Source: Clostridia bacterium
GTDB lineage: Bacteria > Bacillota > Clostridia > Oscillospirales > CAG-272
Direction: 5' to 3'
Length of the DNA: 64,000 nucleotides
Assembly (NCBI GenBank): GCA_017532025.1
Contig: JAFXJX010000090.1
Coordinates: forward strand, 9,910 to 73,909
The notes under the pieces were generated by a model, which saw only the letters and a program-made list of their open reading frames with translations, was not told the DNA's origin and ran no database searches. This document shows positions 8,542-15,145 of this stretch, piece after piece. A program made the position numbers and the translations under genes. The stretch's first letter is position 1. Each line of letters begins with the position of its first letter.

Positions 8542-9294
8542 TTATTTAATCTCAATTTCGTATTCTGCGTTTTTGATTTCTTTTACGTCGTAAGCTATCT
8601 TTTCCTGCTTGTAGGACATCTTTTCTTGTTCATAAGCCATCTTTTCCTGAGTTTGGCTCATTTTTTCCATAGCTTCTTTCTGCTGCTGTATACGCTGGTT
8701 AAGAGCGGCAAACTGTTCTTGCTGCATTTGAATTGCTTTTTCCATCGCACGCTTGTTTTCTTGATCTAACAGATATGCTTCGTAGAGATTAATTGCTTCT
8801 TTAAGAGTATCTGCACGACAATTTTCAACGGCTTCATACATAAAAGCAACTGCGTGGAGATCTCTATATTTCGACGGTATAAAACTTACTTGAGCGTCAA
8901 ATGCATCGGCATATTCGGAAAGAAAAGCATCAATTTGATTGATTGTTTCTTTCAATCGGGGAACTTCGGTATGGAGGGCGTATGTCATTTTCTCCAAATC
9001 AGATTCGATTTCTTTTTTCTGCTTCAAATAAGAACGCACAGTAAAAAAAATACATACACCGGTTATTACTAAACCAAAAGAACCGTAAACGTAAAGAGAG
9101 AGAGACCCCAGAACGATAGAAATTATAATACCTGTCATACAATTTGGTTTTTTATCGCGTAGCTTCTCCAATTCTGAAGTTATTTCATTAATTCTGCTTG
9201 CACATTTGCTTCTTTTTTTTAATTCGTCAGATCGACAATTCAACGCAACAAACGCGTCTCGCATATTCATCAATAATTCCTGTCTTGTGTTCAT
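8542..9294 (-). CDS. Hypothetical membrane protein with two TM helices and a long C-terminal coiled coil
   Basis: Hydrophobic hairpin CMTGIIISIVLGSLSLYVYGSFGLVITGVCIFFTV. The C-terminus is rich in E/K/Q heptads and ends in the triplicated QEKM(A/S)Y unit. No family recognised. Confidence 0.7.
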   Translation of the reverse strand: MNTRQELLMNMRDAFVALNCRSDELKKRSKCASRINEITSELEKLRDKKPNCMTGIIISIVLGSLSLYVYGSFGLVITGVCIFFTVRSYLKQKKEIESDLEKMTYALHTEVPRLKETINQIDAFLSEYADAFDAQVSFIPSKYRDLHAVAFMYEAVENCRADTLKEAINLYEAYLLDQENKRAMEKAIQMQQEQFAALNQRIQQQKEAMEKMSQTQEKMAYEQEKMSYKQEKIAYDVKEIKNAEYEIEIK

Positions 9295-9495
9295 ATTCTA
9301 CCTCCTAAAAATAAGAAAAACGAAAATACCCCAACCGAGGCTGATGCCTAAAACGAAAACCTCGGTCAGAAGTTAACTCTTTTGAGTTATTTTTATCATA
9401 GCAGATTTTCAAAACAATGTCAACCCTAAAGGGGTAATTTTATTCCCTGTAATCGGTTAAAATATCATTAACCCATTGGAGTTAGGAGAGGTACT

Positions 9496-9738
9496 ATGAG
9501 GGTTAATGAAGCCGTCAAAATGCGCATTTTGGAGTTATGCCAACAAAACAACATAACCTTGAATAAGCTATCCACAATCTGCGGTATCACGCAATCAACC
9601 TTGAACAACATCGTCAGCGGACGCAATGCCACCACTACTGTATCCACGATTCAAAAGATCTGCGACGGTTTGAATATTACGATTGTTGACTTTTTTTCCT
9701 CGCCGATTTTTGATCATTTAGAACAGGAAATCAAATAA
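9496..9738 (+). CDS. XRE-family helix-turn-helix transcriptional regulator (80 aa)
   Basis: ITLNKLSTICGITQSTLNNIVSGRN is a typical HTH_3 core. RBS is GGAGAGG. The gene is divergent from 8542..9294. Confidence 0.85.
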   Translation: MRVNEAVKMRILELCQQNNITLNKLSTICGITQSTLNNIVSGRNATTTVSTIQKICDGLNITIVDFFSSPIFDHLEQEIK

Positions 9739-9780
9739 CAGTCTTTTCCCAATCTTCCGCACATCATCATGAATGACCCC

Positions 9781-10055
9781 TACTACGATGTTTCAACTAA
9801 AACTTTACATTTGTCTATACCGCGAGATCCGACGCCAACCTGTAAGCAAGCGACTTGCTTGCAAGTCGAAGCGCCCTGCGCTACGCTTGGGTTTCGACTG
9901 CGTCCGCCCGTGTCATCCTGAGCATTGGAGCTGAAGCTCCCGTCGAACTGCGTAGCAGTGCCGAGCGTAAGCGATGGCAGGATCTCGGGCGGACTTCGCT
10001 CAAGATGACACGCGGCACGAAACTGTGTCAAGTTTTAGTTGAAACACGGTACTAC
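9781..10055. repeat. MITE-like nested-palindrome repeat, copy A
   Basis: Terminal inverted repeat TGTTTCAACTAAAACTT (9789-9805) / AAGTTTTAGTTGAAACA (10030-10046). Internal motifs are CCGCGAGATCC / GGATCTCGGGCGG and GTGTCATCCTGAGC / GCTCAAGATGACAC. Near-identical copies occur at 22412 and 44575. Confidence 0.7.
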
Positions 10056-10067
10056 AAAAGCAAAAAA

Positions 10068-10113
10068 CAGACACATCATTTCGGAAAAAACCGTCATGAT
10101 GTGTCTGTTTTTT
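10068..10113. terminator. Bidirectional terminator hairpin, copy 3 of the (G/A)GACACATCAT stem family
   Basis: CAGACACATCAT (10068-10079) pairs with ATGATGTGTCTG (10096-10107). It is flanked by an A-run and TTTTTT, and lies downstream of minus gene 10173. Confidence 0.6.
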
Positions 10114-10172
10114 ACGTCTTATTTTCTTTCAACCCTACCGCTATTGCAACGGACGGGATCATGGTTCAAAAA

Positions 10173-12056
10173 TCATTTCACCGTTTTATAGTCAGCAACA
10201 AGCTGAATGTTGTCAACATAAACAGGCTTGTTTGCCATATCGGAAGAGAGCGCACTCATATAGAAGTAAATGCCCGAAATGGCGGAGTTTGCATTGAGTT
10301 TGGTTGTGCCGCAGTACATATCGTCAATCGGGAAGGCAAAATAACCCTTGTAACCCGCAACCGAGCAGTTGTCGCCTGCACCAAAGCAGCCGTCAGCTCC
10401 CATTGTCTTTTCCACCCATGTATCACTGCCGTCAGCCTTGTAGAAGAACTTACAGCCTTCTCCCTTGTCGTCGGCTCTGAAAGGACTTTCGGTTTTGCCG
10501 TCGGTCAAAAGACCAAAGCAAGCTTTTCTGAAATCAAGGTTGTTGGTGTCAAGATCCATCCAAACAACAAGATATTTGTTGTTGCCAAGAAGACCGGCCT
10601 TGGGAAGATGCCACTTCACTTCCATGTTGTTGTCCTGCACAGGGTTTTCATACCACTGGGTACGGCAAGCAGCAAGTGCGCTTGAGCCGTTAACGCCCTT
10701 ACCGGTAGCAACGGTAGCGGAAACGGTTTCGATATTCTTCAAGCTGCCGTCGAGATGTCCGAGGACAAAATCATCCTTTTTCATGCTTTCAAAATCGGTA
10801 AGCATACCCGAAAGTGCCTCTGTCGGCTTTTCCGTCTGCTTGTTCAAGTAGCTGATGTAGGTTTCAAAATTCACAGGATCGCTTTCCTTGATCACAAACA
10901 CACGCGCGCCCATCATGTCTTCTTGATGATAGGTCAATTTGCTGAGATTGGAGCTAAAGCAAAGCTTGATACCGCCGTAGTTGACCATGTAGTCGTTAAT
11001 GTGGTCATGACCGAAGACACAGGCTTTGATATCGCCGCGGTAGCGCATAGCTTCATAGAAGCCGGCGTTATGGCAACCTGCCGAAACGTATTCGTTCTTC
11101 TGACCTGTCCATTCAAGCTTCGAGCGGTTTTCCCAAGCGGTATAGGTTTCCTGAAGCGGAATGTGCATTGCCATCAGACCGGGCACAAGACCGCCGTTTT
11201 CTTTTTCAAGCATACGGGATACCTTGAGATACCATTCGATCTGGTCATAGTGAACGAAGCTATACTGTACGTTGCCTTGGTTAATACCGGAATAGGAAGA
11301 TTTGCTATCGCCGAACAGCGCTGTCTTCTCATCATTTGTGAGATAGTTGCCGGAATCCACGCCCCAAATAGCAAACTTGAGTTCATCATCCTTGCCATAA
11401 AGCGGAATCACGTAGTTGCCAACGCCGGTGAGCGCCTTATCCCCTTCTTTGGAAAGACAGTGCGGATAGGATTCGTAGATCTTTTGTTGTTCTTCAAGTG
11501 TGAGTCTCTCTTTGGGCGAGCCTCGCAGCTCAGAGTCATGGTTGCCGAACACGTGCATCCAATAGATGTTGTTTTCTTCAAAATAGTCCACAACACCGCC
11601 GAGCGTGGTTTTGAACTCGGTAAAATTGAGAATGTTGGCATCGGTCACAACATCACCAAGCAAGATGATAAGGTCGGGTTTTTCTCTTTCAACAATCTTC
11701 TTAACGTTAGCAAGAACGCCTTCTGTTTGTCTTCTTGCCAAGTGAAGATCGGCAAGGCAGAGCACGCGGAATTCTCCGTCGTCGCCAAAGGACAGCTTGG
11801 TCTTGTTCGCCAAGATCTCATCCAGCTCGCTTGTCGTGACAACAGGTGTTTCTGTGGTTGTCGCAGCCGTGGTTATCACAGCCGTGGTTATCACAGCCGT
11901 TGTGGTTGCAGCTGTTGTTTCTGTTGCAGCAGTTGTTGTGGGTGCTGTGCTGTCGGTTGATGCCTTGGTTGTGGTCTTGGCGCCGCCACCACCACAGCTT
12001 GCAAAAACAAGAGCAAGCGCAACAAGAAGAAGACACACAGAGAGTAACTTTTTCAT
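10173..12056 (-). CDS. Lipoprotein with a calcineurin-like metallophosphoesterase domain and a C-terminal domain of unknown function
   Basis: Start moved to MKKLLSVCLLLVALALVFASC (GGAGG RBS, lipobox). A Thr-rich linker follows, then motifs DLH, GD, GNHD and GHDH. Confidence 0.85.
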   Translation of the reverse strand: MKKLLSVCLLLVALALVFASCGGGGAKTTTKASTDSTAPTTTAATETTAATTTAVITTAVITTAATTTETPVVTTSELDEILANKTKLSFGDDGEFRVLCLADLHLARRQTEGVLANVKKIVEREKPDLIILLGDVVTDANILNFTEFKTTLGGVVDYFEENNIYWMHVFGNHDSELRGSPKERLTLEEQQKIYESYPHCLSKEGDKALTGVGNYVIPLYGKDDELKFAIWGVDSGNYLTNDEKTALFGDSKSSYSGINQGNVQYSFVHYDQIEWYLKVSRMLEKENGGLVPGLMAMHIPLQETYTAWENRSKLEWTGQKNEYVSAGCHNAGFYEAMRYRGDIKACVFGHDHINDYMVNYGGIKLCFSSNLSKLTYHQEDMMGARVFVIKESDPVNFETYISYLNKQTEKPTEALSGMLTDFESMKKDDFVLGHLDGSLKNIETVSATVATGKGVNGSSALAACRTQWYENPVQDNNMEVKWHLPKAGLLGNNKYLVVWMDLDTNNLDFRKACFGLLTDGKTESPFRADDKGEGCKFFYKADGSDTWVEKTMGADGCFGAGDNCSVAGYKGYFAFPIDDMYCGTTKLNANSAISGIYFYMSALSSDMANKPVYVDNIQLVADYKTVK

Positions 12057-12179
12057 ATCCAAACCTCCAAAGCGTGATTTGTAAAATTTTTCGTACAATT
12101 AAGCAAAGACCGAAACAAATCACATTGTTGCTTTATTGTAGCACACTTTCCAAACAAATTCAAGTGTTTTTCAAAAAAT

Positions 12180-12213
12180 AAAAACAAAAACCGCTCTTTG
12201 AACGGAGCGGCTT
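12180..12213 (-). terminator. Rho-independent terminator of gene 12228..13511
   Basis: Minus strand reads AGCCGCTC-cgttcaaa-GAGCGGTT followed by TTTGTTTTTATTTTTT. Confidence 0.6.
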
Positions 12214-12227
12214 TGTTTATTATACCA

Positions 12228-13511
12228 TTATTTTTTCATAGATTCAATGATAGGCGCAAGAGCTTTGGCATAGATCTCGCCCATCATCATATAACCTTCT
12301 TTATTCGGGTGAAGCTGGTCGGTAAAATAATTGCCCATATCGCTTGTCGCGGTGTACATATCAAAAAACGTGGTGGGATAACCAGCCTCGTTCAGCGTAG
12401 GAACAAGCGCCTTTTGAAGCAGTCTTACCGTTGCACTTGCCCAACCACCGGTACCGAAATATTTCGGACAGTTGGCAATCACAAACTGAAGGTTTTTATT
12501 CTTGGTCCAAAGCGAGTTCACAATGTCAAGGCAGTCTGCGTTAAACTTCTCTGAGTCATCAGAAGTCCACGAGCCATCATAGAACGAGTCGTTTGTACCA
12601 AGCATAATGATAAACAGATCGGTCTCGGGCGCAATCTTCAGCGCGGTTTGATATACGTCTCTTTCGGTGTAAGCAGCGAGATCGTCACGCATGGTGGAAC
12701 CGCTGCTGCCGAGATTGGTCACCAACGCATCCTTCCAAAGGTATCTCGCAAGATGCGCAGGATAGGTCAAAACGGTGGGCGAAATGTTGTTGCCTTGTGT
12801 AATGCTGTCGCCAATACAACCAATGCGAACGAGATGGTAATTTCCCTTATAAGAAAAATCCGAGGCGAAGGCATAGTCTGTCTTATGTTCTGCAAGAAGT
12901 CCTGCAAAGAAGGTTTCCAGATAATCCAGCGCGTGCCAGGTCGTGCCGTATTCGCCGCCGCAGATCACAAGCTTTGTGCCTTCCACATCAATCACGTAAT
13001 CGTCGGAAGAAAGGTTATTCAGCATCAGCGGCTTTACAGCATCGGTGCGATTGGTGTTTCCGATCAAAATCTCATTGGCAGTGGCTACGCTTTTGGTATC
13101 CCCCACGGCTTTCAGTCTAACGCCTGTGAGAGAAAAGATCATGTCCGAAAGACGCTCTGCCGTTTCGCGGTTAAAATCGCAAACGGGAAAATACGGCTTC
13201 ATATTGGGAATTTTGGTGTAGCTCGAGAATTCAGTGCCGGCATAAACGATTATGTATTCCGAAATGGGAGTTTCCCCGATTTTGAGGGAAGAAAACACCT
13301 TTGCTTCGGTGGTCTCTGCCGTTGTTTCCGCCGCAGTGGTTGTCACGGCTGTGGTGGTTGCGGTTGTTGTCTGTGTGGCAGGCTGCGTAAGTGCTGCCGT
13401 TGTTTCGGTTGTGTTTGCGGTCGATGCCGGCTCACTTCCACAGGCAACTGCGGTCAGCGCAAGCGCGAATACCAAAGCGAGCATCACAAGCAGTTTGATG
13501 TTTTTCATCAT
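12228..13511 (-). CDS. Lipoprotein with a C-terminal SGNH/GDSL hydrolase domain
   Basis: MMKNIKLLVMLALVFALALTAVAC lipobox after a GGAGG RBS. A Thr-rich linker follows, then the GDSITQG, LGTNDS and DQLHPN blocks. Confidence 0.85.
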   Translation of the reverse strand: MMKNIKLLVMLALVFALALTAVACGSEPASTANTTETTAALTQPATQTTTATTTAVTTTAAETTAETTEAKVFSSLKIGETPISEYIIVYAGTEFSSYTKIPNMKPYFPVCDFNRETAERLSDMIFSLTGVRLKAVGDTKSVATANEILIGNTNRTDAVKPLMLNNLSSDDYVIDVEGTKLVICGGEYGTTWHALDYLETFFAGLLAEHKTDYAFASDFSYKGNYHLVRIGCIGDSITQGNNISPTVLTYPAHLARYLWKDALVTNLGSSGSTMRDDLAAYTERDVYQTALKIAPETDLFIIMLGTNDSFYDGSWTSDDSEKFNADCLDIVNSLWTKNKNLQFVIANCPKYFGTGGWASATVRLLQKALVPTLNEAGYPTTFFDMYTATSDMGNYFTDQLHPNKEGYMMMGEIYAKALAPIIESMKK

Positions 13512-13531
13512 TTCAATTCCTCCAATCAGCA

Positions 13532-14317
13532 TCAGTCGGTATACGTATAAACTTCACCGCATTCAATATAGCGTACATCAAGCGCGGGGAGCATTTCTTT
13601 GAGCAGGTCGGCAACGTACACCATACCGTCACGCTCCGAGCCGATGTGACCCATGATGATCAGCGCCTTTTTGTGGCCAAGCTGTGCCGCGTCACGCGCG
13701 TATTCGCCGAGCGACCACTCACAAGCCTCTCCTGTAAGAAGGATCTCGCACTTGTCGCCTTTCAGCTCCTCAAATACCTTGCCCGGCGTACCAAACATAC
13801 CCGAGACCACCGAACAAGGGGTGTTTGCCGCACCGCAGATGCGCAAATGACGGATGCCGCAATTCTTCTCAATTTGTTTTGCCAATTCCACAGGTGTCAT
13901 CGGCGTATCCAGATGCACACGCACAAGGTCAAACACATCGGTGTACTCAATCTCGCCTTTGAGGCCAAACGCCCTTAACTGCCCTGCCGCGATCTGATCG
14001 GGCGAGGTTGCGTGCGGATGGTCGTGGTAGCGGTAAATCGTGAGTCCCGATTCTTCGATCAGACGGCGCTTTTCGTTCTCAATCTTTTCGTCGGAGTGGC
14101 GGTCGTAGTGGTTGTAGTAGGTGGGCTCGTGAACGATCAAAAGCTCAGCGCCCCAAGCGGCAGCTTCCCGCACCACGTCAGGCGTTGCAAACATCGAAAC
14201 GGCAACCTTGCTCGTTTCGCGCTCCGGATCTCCTGCCTTCAAGGTATCGCAGGAATTTGAATAATCCCCCTCAGGTGCTGTTGCAAAAAGGGTTTGCATA
14301 ATTTCATGTGCTTTCAT
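13532..14317 (-). CDS. Nif3-like dinuclear metal centre protein (DUF34 / GTP cyclohydrolase 1 type 2 homolog)
   Basis: ELLIVHEPTYY, YRYHDHPH and IIMGHIGSER motifs are typical of NIF3. The ATG at 14317 has better RBS spacing than the tracked TTG. Confidence 0.8.
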   Translation of the reverse strand: MKAHEIMQTLFATAPEGDYSNSCDTLKAGDPERETSKVAVSMFATPDVVREAAAWGAELLIVHEPTYYNHYDRHSDEKIENEKRRLIEESGLTIYRYHDHPHATSPDQIAAGQLRAFGLKGEIEYTDVFDLVRVHLDTPMTPVELAKQIEKNCGIRHLRICGAANTPCSVVSGMFGTPGKVFEELKGDKCEILLTGEACEWSLGEYARDAAQLGHKKALIIMGHIGSERDGMVYVADLLKEMLPALDVRYIECGEVYTYTD

Positions 14318-14430
14318 ATGTATCAATCCTTTCGGTTTGTTAAAAACAGTATAGCATAGATGGAAGGATTTGTAAAGAGCGTAGTGTCAAAATCAACAAT
14401 CCTGCGTAGGAAATGACAAATTGCCAAAAA

Positions 14431-14462
14431 GCAACAAAAACGAGCCGTTTTTACGGCTCGTT
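14431..14462 (-). terminator. Rho-independent terminator of gene 14482..15060
   Basis: CGAGCCGT-tttt-ACGGCTCG. On the minus strand it is followed by TTTTTGTTGC. Confidence 0.7.
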
Positions 14463-14481
14463 CATGATTGTTTACTATGTA

Positions 14482-15060
14482 TCAATACTGCTTAGCACCG
14501 CAGCCCGTGCACTTGCCGTCTTCGTCAAGAGCATTGCCGCAGAACCTACAGAATCTCGCCTTAGGATTCTTGGTGGGTTCTGCAGGTGTTACGGGTGTTG
14601 CGGGTGTTACAGGTGTTGCAGGTGTTGCAGGTGTTGCGGGGGTTGCAGGTGTTGCAGGTGTTGCAGGGGCGTGCTTTTTATGTCCGTCAAGCTTTTTGTT
14701 GATCTCGATGGTATTCTTCACAAGAAGAACGAACATCATAATACCCTCATACAAAAGTCTGATCAAAACAGGCATAACAATCAGCCCCAAAAGACCGTAG
14801 TAACCGAGCCATTCGTCATATTCCACCCAAAAGAGCATGAAAAAGCCCATAACAACAGAGGTAACGGTTGAGAAAATGTAAAAGAATCTGAGAATTTTTT
14901 CAATCCATAAGCTCTTGAAATTAAAAAGATTGTGAAGAAACACCGCAAACGGATGTCTTAATGCAGCGCGCTTGGACTCCGGAACCAAAAGAACAAGTGC
15001 TGCAATGGTGCCCATAAGACCGAAAAGCAAAGAAAGAATGTAAATAGTGGAAAGTGGCAT
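14482..15060 (-). CDS. Membrane protein with a (TPA)n linker and a C-terminal zinc ribbon
   Basis: About four hydrophobic segments, then PATPATPATPATPATPVTPATPVTPA, then the CRFCGNALDEDGKCTGCG CxxC...CxxC motif. RBS is GGAGG. Confidence 0.75.
   Translation of the reverse strand: MPLSTIYILSLLFGLMGTIAALVLLVPESKRAALRHPFAVFLHNLFNFKSLWIEKILRFFYIFSTVTSVVMGFFMLFWVEYDEWLGYYGLLGLIVMPVLIRLLYEGIMMFVLLVKNTIEINKKLDGHKKHAPATPATPATPATPATPATPVTPATPVTPAEPTKNPKARFCRFCGNALDEDGKCTGCGAKQY
14585..14665. repeat. Nine tandem 9-bp units (GGTGTTGCA and variants) encoding the TPA/TPV repeat
   Basis: Counted unit by unit from 14585 to 14665, in frame within the CDS 14482..15060. Confidence 0.85.
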
Positions 15061-15145
15061 ATTAAATCCTCCTAACTAAATAATAGTCAAAAATAAATAT
15101 TTGACAGGGTTGTTATCGCATTGTACCGTTACGAACGTTCAGCTT

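Noticed and set aside
9789-10046. The termini GTTTCAACTAAAACTT / AAGTTTTAGTTGAAAC look superficially like CRISPR repeat ends (…GTTGAAAC).
   Set aside because: The copies are inverted pairs about 240 nt apart and recur more than 10 kb from one another. There is no regular repeat-spacer array and there are no cas genes in the window.
9783-10685. ORFs 9783..10031 (-) and 9855..10685 (+), with translations such as LKMTRGTKL and AQDDTGGRSRNP.
   Set aside because: They are read through the MITE-like repeat and then antisense into the phosphoesterase gene. The same pseudo-peptides reappear wherever the repeat occurs (22436..22687, 44554.., 44623..), which marks them as repeat translations rather than genes.
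11797-12181. Antisense ORFs over the Thr-rich linkers (11797..12084, 11846..12181, 13252..13602, 14413..14871, 24503..25087, 26148..26426).
   Set aside because: They arise from the ACN-rich sense strand giving open GTN/GGT-rich antisense frames. Their products are V/G/C-rich and low-complexity, and each is nested in a well-supported gene.
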